Source: an uncultured Gemmatimonadaceae bacterium (GTDB lineage: Bacteria > Gemmatimonadota > Gemmatimonadetes > Gemmatimonadales > Gemmatimonadaceae). From it: DNA of 64,000 bases. The notes under the pieces were generated by a model. It was not told the DNA's origin, searched no databases, and worked only from the letters and a program-made list of their open reading frames with translations. Location: NCBI GenBank assembly GCA_963751275.1, contig CAVVTZ010000011.1:32001-96000 (forward strand), read 5' to 3'. A program made the position numbers and the translations under genes. Each line of letters starts with the position of its first letter. Position 1 is the stretch's first letter. Below, piece by piece: positions 32,515 to 42,998 of this stretch.

Positions 32515-33126
32515 ATGAGCGGCACTGCTCCCATTCCACCCGCTCCGGCGGCATTGCCCGCGCCACCCATCGGGTGGACGCCGTCGCGCGTGCTCGCGCT
32601 GATCGCGGGCGCGATCCTGCTCGTCCTGGCCGTCCGCTTGTCACGCGGCTTGGCGCTTGGCGGCGTCCTCGCGATGCTCCTGCTCGTTCGCGTGCAGAGC
32701 GGCCGCGGGCGCCGCGCGGGCCGGGCGGGCACGTGGCTGGCGTGCTGCGCCGCGTGTGCGGCCGCCCTCATCGTCGTCATGGCCATCTGGCGTCTCGAGG
32801 CTGCCACCCGGCATGATGGAGCAGGTGATGGATTCGGTGCGTGCGCAGCAACAGCGCACGCCGCCGCCCGTGCTGCCGCCCGCGCTCGAGCGGCTGCAGC
32901 CGCACGATTCCGCGTCGCGTGCGGCGCAGCGGGCTGCGCAGCAGCAGGCCATGGCGATGGTGCAGTCTCCCGCGTTCATGCGGTACATGATGGTCGCCGG
33001 CATCTCGATCGGTTCGGCGATCCTTGGGACGATCCTGGGCACCGCGGCATGGGCCGCTGCGTTCCTCCTGGCGCGCGGTTTCTCCGGCGCGTGGCCGCTC
33101 GCTGCCCCGCCGCCGGCGCCGGAGTA
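32515..33126 (+). CDS. Hypothetical membrane protein; frameshift near 32800
   Basis: Hydrophobic segments in ORFs 32515 and 32657. Confidence 0.5.
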
Positions 33127-33177
33127 GATCGCGCGCCGCGCTTGGCGAATGAAGTCGCGCGTCGGTAGCTTTCCCCC

Positions 33178-34182
33178 ATGACCGACGTCGTCGCTCTCGC
33201 CGCCGAGTTGATCGCGCTCGAGTCGCCCACCGGTGCCGAAGGGCCCGCCGTCGATTTCGTCACCCGCTGGCTGGTGGCGCGCGGCTGGAACGTGCACGTG
33301 CAGGAAGTGACGAACGGGGCGCGGCAACGTGTGGGCCACGCGCGCCGGCGGGCGGATCGTCACGCTCTCGACGCATCTCGACACGGTGCCGCCCTTCATC
33401 GGCCCCGACGCGGACGGGAATCAGCTCTACGGGCGCGGCGCGTGCGACGCCAAGGGGATCGCCGCGGCGATGCTGGCGGCGGCCGACCGACTCGTGGCCG
33501 ACGGGGAGGAGCGCGTCGATCTCCTGTTCGTCGTCGGGCGAGGAGAAGGGATCCGACGGCGCGCGCGCGGCGAACCATCTGCCCGCCGACCAGCCGGTTT
33601 CTCGTCAATGGCGAGCCCACCGAGAGCCGGCTCGCCGAGCGGCGCGAAGGGCTCGCTCCGCGTCACGCTGCGCACGAAGGGACGCGCCGCGCACTCCGCG
33701 TATCCGCAGCTCGGACAGTCGGCGATCGAGCCGATGCTCGACCTGCTGCCTACGCTCAAGGAAGCTGAAGCTCCCCACCGACACCGTGCTCGGCGACACG
33801 ACGGTGAACATCGGCACCATCCACGGCGGCACCGAGGCGAACATCATTCCGGACCGCGTGGAGGTCGAATTGATGTTCCGCCTCGTGGGCGATGTGCACG
33901 AGGTGAAACGCAAGCTCGAGGAGTGGGCCGGCGGGAAGGCCGAGATCGAATACGGCTCGTTCATCCCCGCGCAGAACTTCCATACCATCCCGGATTTCCC
34001 CTCGGCGCCTGTGGCGTACACGACCGACATTCCGCTGCTCGGCCGCTGGGGAACGCCACTGTTGTTCGGGCCGGGATCGATCCACGTGGCGCACACGCCG
34101 GACGAATTCATTGACGTGCGTCGAACTCCGCGCCGCGGTGGATGCGTACGTGAAGATCGTGCGCACGCTGCTCGCGACGTGA
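33178..34182 (+). CDS. M20A metallopeptidase (ArgE/DapE-like); multiple frameshifts
   Basis: STHLDTVP, GRGACDAKG, NGEPT, GRAAHS, GPGSIHVAHTPDE; heads the DAP cluster. Confidence 0.82.
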
Positions 34183-35240
34183 ACGCGCCCAAGCGCGCAA
34201 GATCCCGGTGGCCGTGCTCGGCGCCACCGGCACCGTGGGGCAGTCGTTCGTGCGCCTGCTCGCCGACGCATCCGTGGTTCGAGCTCGTGGAGCGTCGCGG
34301 CGTCGGAGCGGTCCTGGGCAAGACGCTACGCCGACGCGGCGCGCTGGCTCACGGCGAGATGCCGGCGAACGCGGCGCACCTCGAGGTGCTCGCCTGCGAT
34401 CCGGCCGCGGTCAAGGCGCCGCTCGTCTTCTCGGCGCTCGACGCCGTACCGTCGCGGGCGACGTGGAGCCCGCGTTCGCGCGCGCCGGACGCTGGTGCTC
34501 AGCAACGCGCGGAATTTCCGCATGGAAGCGGATGTGCCGCTGGTCATTCCGGAGAGTGAACGCTCGATCACTTCGCGCGCTGCCGCGTCCAGCGCAAGCC
34601 GGCGGGCTGGAGCGGCGCGCATCATCACCAACGCCGAACTGCGCCGCGACCGTCGTGGCGTGGCGCTCGCGCCGTTGCACCAAGCGTTCGGCGTGGAGCA
34701 GGTGCTTCGTCACGACCCTGCAGGCCGTGTCGGGGGCCGGCTATCCCGGTGTGCCATCGCTCGACATCCTCGGCAACGTGATCCCGTTCATGGCGGCGGC
34801 GAAGAGGAGAAGATCGAGACGGAGACGCCGAAGATGCTCGGCGCGTGCGAACGGCGCGCTTCGTGCGGCGTCGATTCGCGTCAGCGCGCAGGCCGACCGC
34901 GTGCCCGTGGAGCATGGGCACATGACCGTGCCTGTCGGTGACGCTCGCCAAGCGCGCGACCGCGGACGAGGCGATCGACGCGCTGAGCAGCTGGAAGGGC
35001 GAGGTGCACGCAGCTCGGGATTGCCCAGTGCGCCGGAACGGGTGGCTCGTCGTCACGCGACTGGTGAGCCGTCCGCAGCCGCGGCGGGATGTGAACGCGG
35101 GCAGCGGCATGACGGTCACGGTCGGCCGCGTGCGCCGCGATCCGATCCTCGATCTGCGCCTCGTCGCGCTCGGCCACAACATGATGCGCGGCGCCGCCGG
35201 CGGGTCGGTCGCTGAACGCGGAGCTGCTGGCGGGATAGCG
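34179..35240 (+). CDS. asd: Aspartate-semialdehyde dehydrogenase; heavily frameshifted; end approximate
   Basis: VAVLGATGTVGQ, FRMEADVPLVIPE, QAVSGAGYPG, RVPVEHGH, HNMMRGAAG. Confidence 0.88.
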
Positions 35241-35264
35241 CGCCCGCGGGACTCGTGCGCACTC

Positions 35265-36622
35265 GTGATCGTCATCAAGTTCGGCGGCACGTCGGTCGCA
35301 GGACGCGACGGCGATCGACCGGCGCGGCGGAGATCACGCGGTCGCCGCCCCTCGCGCGCCGGTGGTCGTGGTGTCGGCGCTGGCGGGCATGACGAATGCG
35401 CTGCTCGCGATCGCCGAGCAGGCGACCGCTGGCCAGCTGCATTGTCGGCGCTTCCGGCATCGAGGGCTGCGCACGCGGCACCTGTCCGCCGGCGATGCGC
35501 TCCTCGGCACCGCGTCGCGCGCGAGATCGGCGCGGAACTCAGCGCGCTGTGCGATGAGCTCGCGCACCTCGCGGAGGCGCTCTCGGTGCTCGGGCGACCT
35601 GACGCCACGCACTCGATGCGATCGCCGCGCCGGGGGAGCTGCTTGAGCAGCGTCCTGGTGCACGCGGCCTTTCGCGAGCGCGAACTCGCGGTGGAGCTCA
35701 TCGATGCCCGCACCGTCATGGTCACCGACGACGTTCACGCACGCCGAGCCACGGATGGACGCCATCACGCGCCAGGCGCGCGACGTGCTGCTCCCGGTGG
35801 TGCGCGAGTCGCGCATCCCGGTGCTGGGCGGCTTCGTGGGCCGCGACCCGCGGCGGCGTCACGACCACCCTCGGCCGCGGCGGCGGCGACTTCACCGCGT
35901 CGCTGCTCGGTGCGGCGCTCGGCGCCGAGGCGATCGAGATCTGGACCGATGTCGACGGCATGTTGAGCGCCGATCCGCGCGTCGTGCGCGGCGCGCGGCT
36001 GATCGAGGAGATCCGCTTCGACGAAGCGGCCGAGCTGGCGGCATTCGGCGCCAAGGTCCTCCACCCGAGCACGATCGCGCCCGCGGTGCAGCGCGGCATC
36101 CCGGTGTTCGTGCTCAACTCGCGGCGCCCCGAGGGGAAGGGGACGCGCATCACCGCCGAGGCGCCGCGGCGCGCGGTGACCGCGATCGCGGGCAAGTCCG
36201 GCGTGTCCGTCGTGAAGGTGCGCACGCCGCGCATGCTCTTCGCCACCGGCGTGGTGAAGACGATCTTCGAGGTGTTCGAGCGGCATCGCACGGCGGTGGA
36301 TGTCGTCGCGACGTCGGAGGTCTCGGTGTCGGTCACGACCGATGATGCGACGCACCTCGACGCGATCCTGGTCGAGCTGCGCGCGCTGGGCGACGTGGCG
36401 CTGGAGCGATCGCGTGCGATCGTCGCGATCGTCGGCGCCGGGCTCGGTGACGGCGCGACGACCATGGCGCGCGCGCTAGCCGCGCTGGGCGGCACCGCCG
36501 TGCACATGATCTCGCTGAGCGCTACCGGCATCAATCTCACGCTCGTGGTGGACGCGGCCGCGCTGGAGCCGGCGATGCGCGCGCTGCACGCGGAATTCTT
36601 CGGCGCGGAGAAACCATCATGA
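35265..36622 (+). CDS. lysC: Aspartate kinase; frameshifted in the N-terminal half
   Basis: VIKFGGTSV, VVVSAL, TTLGRGGGD, WTDVDG, FGAKVLHP, ACT domains. Confidence 0.9.
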
Positions 36623-37314
36623 CGAACCCTCGCATTGCGCTCATCGGCGTCGGCAAAATGGGACGCGCAGTGATGCAGCTCGCGGAGGAACGCGGCTGGC
36701 CGGTGGTCGCGGCGATCAATGCCGCGGCGGGCGGCGTGACGCGCGATCTGCTGATGAGCGCCGATGTCGCGATCGAGTTCACGACGCCGGCCGCCGCGCC
36801 CGCGAACATCATCGCCTGCGCTCGCGCGGGCGTGCCGGTCGTCTGCGGCACCACCGGGTGGGACGCCGAGCGGCATCACGTGGAGCGCGAGGTGCGCGAG
36901 CACGGCGCGGCGCTGCTCGCGTCGCCGAACTTCTCGCTGGGCGTCGCGGTCTTCTTCCAGGCGGCGGAGACGCTCGCGCGGCTGATGGCGCACACGCCGG
37001 GGTTCGCGGCGCAGATCATCGAGACGCACCACGCGGGGAAGCGCGACGCGCCATCGGGCACCGGGCTCGAGCTCGCGCGCCTCGCGGGCGCGGCACTCGG
37101 CGCCCCGGTGCCGGTCACGAGCGTGCGCATGGGCTCGGTGCCCGGCACGCACGAGCTGATCTTCGACGCGGCGTACGAGCAGCTGCGGCTCACGCACGAG
37201 GCGCGCGACCGCCGCGTGTTCGCGGAGGGCGCGCTCACGGCGGCGGCGTGGCTCATTGGCCGGCGCGGTATATTCACCATGCGCGACCTGGTGGGAGGGG
37301 AGATCAAGCGATGA
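36619..37314 (+). CDS. dapB: 4-hydroxy-tetrahydrodipicolinate reductase
   Basis: GKMG, GTTG, ETHHAGKRDAPSGT. Confidence 0.93.
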   Translation: MTNPRIALIGVGKMGRAVMQLAEERGWPVVAAINAAAGGVTRDLLMSADVAIEFTTPAAAPANIIACARAGVPVVCGTTGWDAERHHVEREVREHGAALLASPNFSLGVAVFFQAAETLARLMAHTPGFAAQIIETHHAGKRDAPSGTGLELARLAGAALGAPVPVTSVRMGSVPGTHELIFDAAYEQLRLTHEARDRRVFAEGALTAAAWLIGRRGIFTMRDLVGGEIKR

Positions 37315-38204
37315 CCACGGCGAAGCGGATCTTCGGATGCGGCACGGCGCTCGTCACGCCCTTCCGCGCGGATGGCGCAGTGGACGAGCCGGCGTTGCGC
37401 GCGCTCATCGATTGGCAGATCGCGGAGGGAATCCACTATCTGGTGCCGTGCGGCTCGACCGGCGAAGCGGCGACGATGACGCCGGCCGAGCACCGCCGCG
37501 TGGTGGAGATCACGGTGGAACAGGTGCGCGGCCGCGTGCCGGTGATGGCCGGCGCCGGCGCGAACGACACGAAGCGCGCGGTCGCGATGTCGAAGGACAT
37601 GCAGGCCGCGGGCGCGACGCACTTGCTGCACGTGAGCCCCATGTACAACCGGCCGCCGCAGCGCGGGATCATCGAGCACTACAAGGCCATCGCCGACGCC
37701 ACCGATCTCCCTGTGATCGTGTACAACGTGCCGGGCCGCACCGGGAGCAACATCGAGGCGAAGACGACGCTCGCCCTCGCGCTGATCCCGCACATTGTCG
37801 CGGTGAAGGAAGCGTCGGGGAACCTCGGCCAGATCCAGGACATCCTGCGCGACCGGCCACCGGAATTCTCGGTGCTCTCCGGCGATGACGGCCTGACGCT
37901 CGCGGTGATGGCGGCCGGCGGCGACGGGATCATCTCGGTGATCTCGAACGCCACGCCGAAATTGATGGCGCAGCTCTGCGAGCGCGCGCGCGACGGCGAT
38001 TTCGCGGCGGCGCGCGCGATCCACGAGCGGCTGCTCCCGTGGATGCACGCCGCCTTCGTGGAGTCGAATCCGCTGCCGGCCAAGGCCGCGCTCGCGATGA
38101 TGGGGCGCATCCAGAACGTGCTGCGCCTGCCGCTCGTGGCGATGCTCGCGTCCCACGAAGCGGTGGTGCGCGCCGCGCTCGTCGCGGCGGGAGCGCTCGC
38201 GTGA
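37311..38204 (+). CDS. dapA: 4-hydroxy-tetrahydrodipicolinate synthase
   Basis: GSTGE, YNVPGRTG, AVKEASG, SGDD. Confidence 0.95.
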   Translation: MTTAKRIFGCGTALVTPFRADGAVDEPALRALIDWQIAEGIHYLVPCGSTGEAATMTPAEHRRVVEITVEQVRGRVPVMAGAGANDTKRAVAMSKDMQAAGATHLLHVSPMYNRPPQRGIIEHYKAIADATDLPVIVYNVPGRTGSNIEAKTTLALALIPHIVAVKEASGNLGQIQDILRDRPPEFSVLSGDDGLTLAVMAAGGDGIISVISNATPKLMAQLCERARDGDFAAARAIHERLLPWMHAAFVESNPLPAKAALAMMGRIQNVLRLPLVAMLASHEAVVRAALVAAGALA

Positions 38205-39049
38205 GTTCCCCCGCCGCGCTGCAGCGTGCGGTGGAAGCGCTGGCCGCCGCGGGCGACCGGCCGCCGGCCGATGCGGAGCGGACGATCGCCGCGCTGCTCG
38301 ACGCGCTGGAGCAGGGCGAGGTCCGCTCGGCGGAGCGGAGCGCGAACGGCGAATGGCGAGCCGTGCCGTGGGTGAAGCAGGGGATCCTGCTCGCGTTCAA
38401 GCTGGGCACGGTGGTGGACATGTCGCCGATCGAGGGATCCCCGTTCCAGTTCTACGACAAGGACACGCTGCCCACACAGGACATTCCGATCGACCGCGGC
38501 GTGCGGCTGGTGCCGGGCGGCTCGACCGTGCGGCGCGGCGCATATGTCGCGCGCGGCGTGGTGTGCATGCCGCCGATGTACATCAATGCGGGTGCGTGGG
38601 TGGGCGCGGGAACGATGGTCGATTCCCACGCGCTCGTCGGTTCCTGCGCGCAGATCGGCGAGCGCGTGCACCTGAGCGCGGCGGCACAGATCGGCGGCGT
38701 GCTCGAGCCGGTGAACGCGGCGCCGGTGGTCGTCGAGGACGACGCGTTCGTCGGTGGCAACTGCGGCGTGTACGAGGGCACCGTGGTTCGCCGCCGCGCC
38801 GTGCTCGCGCCGGGCGTGCTGCTCACCCGCGGCACGCCGGTGTACGATCTCGTGCACGAGCGGATCTACCGCGCCGAGGGCGCGCGCCCGCTCGAGATCC
38901 CCGAGGGCGCCGTGGTGGTGCCGGGCGCGCGGCGCATTGCGTCGGGCTGGGGCGCGGAGCAGGGGCTGTCGCTCGCGACGCCGGTGATCGTGAAGTACCG
39001 CGACGGGTCCACGAACGCCGGCACCGCGCTCGAGGGGGCACTGCGATGA
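38201..39049 (+). CDS. dapD: Tetrahydrodipicolinate N-succinyltransferase
   Basis: WVKQGILL, VGSCAQIG, IGGVLEP, hexapeptide repeats. Confidence 0.94.
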   Translation: MSSPAALQRAVEALAAAGDRPPADAERTIAALLDALEQGEVRSAERSANGEWRAVPWVKQGILLAFKLGTVVDMSPIEGSPFQFYDKDTLPTQDIPIDRGVRLVPGGSTVRRGAYVARGVVCMPPMYINAGAWVGAGTMVDSHALVGSCAQIGERVHLSAAAQIGGVLEPVNAAPVVVEDDAFVGGNCGVYEGTVVRRRAVLAPGVLLTRGTPVYDLVHERIYRAEGARPLEIPEGAVVVPGARRIASGWGAEQGLSLATPVIVKYRDGSTNAGTALEGALR

Positions 39050-39885
39050 CCACCGCCGGCCCGGTCGCGGTGGTCGGGCTCGGCTGCATTGGAGGCTCCC
39101 TCGCGCGCGCGCTCACGGCGCAGGGCGTGACGGTGCACGCGTGGAGCGAATCGGCGGCGGATCGCGAACTCGCCGCCGCGGCGGGGATCAACGTGAGCGC
39201 CGACCTGCGCGCCGCGCTGCAGGGCGCGACCGCGGTCATGGTCGCGGTGCCGCTGCTCAAGATCGCGCCGATCGCGGCGGACGCGATGGTGCTCGCGCCG
39301 CAGGCGGCGGTGATGCACACGGGCAGTCTGCAGCGGTCCAAGGCGCTCGACCTGAAAGTGTCGCCATCGCTCAATCTGCGCGTCATTGGCACGCACCCGC
39401 TGGCCGGGTCGCACGAGACCGGCTTCGCCGCGTCGCGCGCGGATCTGTTCGCCGGCTGCGCGGTGAGCATTGAGACGCGCGCCAGTGATCGCGTGCGCGC
39501 GACGGCGGAATCGCTCTGGCGCGCCGCGGGCGCGGCGCGCTTCGACTACCGCACCGCCGATGAGCACGACCGGCTGATGACGTGGGTGAGCCATCTCCCG
39601 CAGCTCGTCGCCACCGCGCTCGCGGGATCGCTTGACGCGGCCGGCATCGATCCGTCGGCCGCGGGCCCGGGGGCGCGCGATACGTCGCGGCTCGCCGGCA
39701 GCGCGCTCGATCTGTGGGCGCCGTTGCTTGCGGCGGCGCCCGAGGACCTCGATCTCGCGCTCGCGGGCTACGCGGCGCGATTCGGCGAACTCCGCGCCGC
39801 CGTGACGGCGCGCGATGCGAAGCGATTGGCCGCCCTCTGGGAGCCCGCGCGCGCCTGGCGCCGCCGCGCCGGAGGGGCGTCATGA
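39046..39885 (+). CDS. tyrA: Prephenate dehydrogenase
   Basis: GLGCIGGS, HPLAGS, HD...SHLPQL, RDTSRLA. Confidence 0.85.
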   Translation: MTTAGPVAVVGLGCIGGSLARALTAQGVTVHAWSESAADRELAAAAGINVSADLRAALQGATAVMVAVPLLKIAPIAADAMVLAPQAAVMHTGSLQRSKALDLKVSPSLNLRVIGTHPLAGSHETGFAASRADLFAGCAVSIETRASDRVRATAESLWRAAGAARFDYRTADEHDRLMTWVSHLPQLVATALAGSLDAAGIDPSAAGPGARDTSRLAGSALDLWAPLLAAAPEDLDLALAGYAARFGELRAAVTARDAKRLAALWEPARAWRRRAGGAS

Positions 39886-41141
39886 TCGTCGGCGGCATCG
39901 TGCACGTGCCCGGCGACAAGTCGATCTCGCACCGCGCGCTGATCCTCGCGGCGCTCGCCGACGGCGAGTCGCACATCCACGGGATCCTCCAGAGTGCCGA
40001 CGTCGAGAGCACCGCCGGCGTGCTGCGCGCGATGGGCGTCGCGATCCCGCCGCTCGGACCTTCGATCGCCGTGGCGGGCCGCGGCCGCCGCGGACTCACC
40101 GCGCCCGCGCGCGATCTCGACTGCGGGAACAGCGGCACCACGGCGCGGCTCGTGGCCGGCGTGGTCGCGGGACAATCGTTCGCCGCGCGCTTCACCGGTG
40201 ACGCGAGCCTCAGCCGCCGCCCCATGGGTCGCATTGCGCGCCCGCTCGAAGCGATGGGTGCACGCGTGACGTTCGAGGACGGCGAGCATCTGCCCATGAC
40301 GGTGCAGGGCGGCACGCTCAAGGCGCTCAAATGGGAGAGCGAGACCGCGAGCGCACAGGTGAAGAGCGCGGTGCTGCTCGCCGGACTCGTCGCCGGCGTG
40401 CCGGTGGTGCTGCGCGAACCGGGCCGCTCGCGCGATCACACCGAGCGCCTGCTGCGCGCGACCGGCGTCGATGTCGATGTGGTGGGCGACGTCGTGCGGC
40501 TCGAGCCGGTGACGCGCCTCGCACCCTTCGACCTCCACGTGCCGGGCGATCCGTCGTCCGCCGCGTTCATGACGGCGCTGGCGGTGCTCGCCGGCGGCGG
40601 CGCGCTGTCCGTGGCCGACGTCTGCCTGAACCCCACGCGCGTCGGGTTCTATCGCGCGCTGCAGCGCATGGGCGCGCACATTGATTTCCACGTCAGCGCG
40701 CCGCAGGGCGGGGAGGACGTCGGCTCGATCTTCGCGTGGCCATTGGCCCTGCACGCCGTGGACGTGGGCGCCGACACGGTGCCGTCGATGATCGATGAGC
40801 TGCCGCTGCTCGCCTGCGTCGCCGCGCGCGCCACCGGCACCACGGTGATCACCGGCGCCGCCGAACTGCGCGCCAAGGAGAGCGACCGGATCAGCGCGGT
40901 GGTCTCCAACCTGCGCGCGATCGGCGTGAGGGCCGAGGAGCGGCCGGACGGCATGACCGTCACCGGAACCGACGCGCCGCTCAGCGGCGCCGTGATCACG
41001 CACGGCGACCACCGGATCGCCATGGCCTTCGGCGTGCTGGCGGCGCTCCCGCAGAGCACGATCTCGATCGATGACCGCGATTGCGTCGCCGTCTCGTACC
41101 CTTCGTTCTGGGAAGACGTGCGCGCCGCGATCACCGCATGA
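39882..41141 (+). CDS. aroA: EPSP synthase
   Basis: PGDKSISHR, GNSGTT, SAQVKSA, RDHTER, KESDR, DHRIAM. Confidence 0.96.
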   Translation: MIVGGIVHVPGDKSISHRALILAALADGESHIHGILQSADVESTAGVLRAMGVAIPPLGPSIAVAGRGRRGLTAPARDLDCGNSGTTARLVAGVVAGQSFAARFTGDASLSRRPMGRIARPLEAMGARVTFEDGEHLPMTVQGGTLKALKWESETASAQVKSAVLLAGLVAGVPVVLREPGRSRDHTERLLRATGVDVDVVGDVVRLEPVTRLAPFDLHVPGDPSSAAFMTALAVLAGGGALSVADVCLNPTRVGFYRALQRMGAHIDFHVSAPQGGEDVGSIFAWPLALHAVDVGADTVPSMIDELPLLACVAARATGTTVITGAAELRAKESDRISAVVSNLRAIGVRAEERPDGMTVTGTDAPLSGAVITHGDHRIAMAFGVLAALPQSTISIDDRDCVAVSYPSFWEDVRAAITA

Positions 41142-41845
41142 CGTCGCCCACGCCGCCGTTCTCGCCGCGCATCCGCGAGCCGGGCAAGCCGTTCGTCGTC
41201 GCCATCGACGGGCCCGCCGCGTCGGGCAAGAGCTCCACCGCGCAGTGGGTGGCGAACGAGCTCGGCTTCCTGCACATTGACTCCGGCTCGCTCTATCGCG
41301 CGGCGACCGCCGCGGCGCTCGAAGCGGCGCCGGGCGCCGCGCTGTCGGAAGACGCCGTGCTTCGCGCCGCCGCCGCGATCACGCTCGCGCCCGCGGGACG
41401 ATCGTTCGTGCCCGTGCGCGACGGCCACGCGATGGATGAGGCGCTGCGCGACAGCGGCGTGACGACGCGCGTGTCCGAGGTGGCGCGCATGCCGCGCGTC
41501 CGCGCCTGGGTGAACGCGCGGGTCCGCGACGCCGCGGCGCAGCGCGACGTGGTGGTCGATGGCCGCGACATTGGGACCGCGGTCTTTCCCGATGCCGCCG
41601 CGAAGATCTATCTCGTGGCCGATCCGTGGGAGCGCGCGCGGCGCCGGCTCATCCAGCGCCTGGGCCGCGCGCCGCACGATGCCGAGATCGCCGAGGAGAC
41701 CGAGCGCCTCGTGGAGCGCGACGCGCGCGACGCGGCGCAGTCCGCGCCCGCGGCGCGCGCGATGCTCATCGACACCACCTACCTCACGCAGGAAGAACAG
41801 GTGAGCCGCATCGTCGCGTTCGCCCGGGCGGTGCACGGCCGCTGA
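41138..41845 (+). CDS. cmk: Cytidylate kinase
   Basis: IDGPAASGKSS, DSGSLYR, DGRDIGTAVFP. Confidence 0.95.
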   Translation: MTSPTPPFSPRIREPGKPFVVAIDGPAASGKSSTAQWVANELGFLHIDSGSLYRAATAAALEAAPGAALSEDAVLRAAAAITLAPAGRSFVPVRDGHAMDEALRDSGVTTRVSEVARMPRVRAWVNARVRDAAAQRDVVVDGRDIGTAVFPDAAAKIYLVADPWERARRRLIQRLGRAPHDAEIAEETERLVERDARDAAQSAPAARAMLIDTTYLTQEEQVSRIVAFARAVHGR

Positions 41846-42690
41846 TGGTGGAGCACGGTCAGCCGAGCCGCACCGCACTCGGCGCGGCGGGTCATCGCGC
41901 GGCTCACCAGGTGCTCGAGGGGGGACGGATCTTCACGGATCCGCTCGCGCTGCGCATCCTGGGTGGGTACGCTGAGGAACTCATCAAGAAAGCGGAGGCC
42001 GAGCCCGAGCGCCGCGGCCTGCGGATCTTCATCGCGATCCGCACGCGGTTCGCGGAGGACGCACTGGCGGTGGCCGTGGCGCGCGGCGTGACTCAGCTCG
42101 TGGTGCTCGGCGCGGGCCTCGACACATACGCCTATCGGTCGCCCCCCGATCCACGGCTGCGCGTGTTCGAGGTCGACCACCCCGCGACGCAGGAGTGGAA
42201 GCGCGAACGCCTCGCCGAGGCGGCGATCGCGGTCCCGAAGACGCTCACCTTTGTGCCGATCGATTTCGAACGGGAGACGCTCGCCGGCGAGTTGGCGGCC
42301 GGAGGATTCGATCCGACGCAGCCGGCCTTCTTCACCTGGCTCGGTGTCGTGCCATACCTCACCGAGCAGGCGGTCGATGCGACACTCTCGTTCATCGCCG
42401 GGCTCCCAGGCGGCGCGCACGTCGTGTTCGACTACGGCAATCCGCCCTCGGCGGAACGCGGCGGCGAGGAGTACGCGGCGCGACATGAGGCGCTCGCGGC
42501 CCGGGTGGCGGCGCTGGGCGAGAGTCTCAAGAGTTATTTCGAGACGGACGCGCTGCACGCGAAGTTGCGCGGATTCGGCTTTCGCGAGATAGAGGATATA
42601 GGGCCGCTCAAGATGCGGGAGCGATACTTCCCGGACCGCGCGGGAGCCCTCACGGACCGTGGAGGGCATGTGGTGCATGCTGCGACCTGA
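41845..42690 (+). CDS. Class I SAM-dependent methyltransferase (LCM/YktD-like)
   Basis: SRTALGAA..RA, RTRFAED, QLVVLGAGLDT, FEVDHPATQ, WLGVVPYL. Confidence 0.88.
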   Translation: MVEHGQPSRTALGAAGHRAAHQVLEGGRIFTDPLALRILGGYAEELIKKAEAEPERRGLRIFIAIRTRFAEDALAVAVARGVTQLVVLGAGLDTYAYRSPPDPRLRVFEVDHPATQEWKRERLAEAAIAVPKTLTFVPIDFERETLAGELAAGGFDPTQPAFFTWLGVVPYLTEQAVDATLSFIAGLPGGAHVVFDYGNPPSAERGGEEYAARHEALAARVAALGESLKSYFETDALHAKLRGFGFREIEDIGPLKMRERYFPDRAGALTDRGGHVVHAAT

Positions 42691-42865
42691 ACGGCGTACT
42701 TAGTCCCCCGAACTCCGTTGCTAGCAGCTGAGGCGTGGTCACGGCTCGGGCGTACTTAGCATTTGCCAAGTACGCCAAAGCCGTGACCACGCCTCAGCTG
42801 CTAACAACGGAGTTCGGGGGACCAATGACGCCGTTCGAGGTTCGAATGACGCCGTTCAGCAGTTC
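42689..42865. repeat. ~150-nt near-perfect palindrome, family A copy 1
   Basis: Arm GTCCCCCGAACTCCGTTGCTAGCAGCTGAGGCGTGGTCACGGCT and its inverted copy; homologous to 51176-51314. Confidence 0.9.
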
Positions 42866-42870
42866 CCCCG

Positions 42871-42899
42871 TTGCGAGAAGTCACTGCGGCTCCTACCTT
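42871..42899 (+). promoter_or_regulatory. Promoter of rpsA
   Basis: TTGCGA-N17-TACCTT. Confidence 0.5.
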
Positions 42900-42998
42900 T
42901 AACGGCTCTCCCGGCCCGTTCACGGGACCGGACTGTAGGCTCACCTCATCCTCGGCGCGGCGACCGCAAATATCCGCGATTCTGGAGAACCGCATTTC

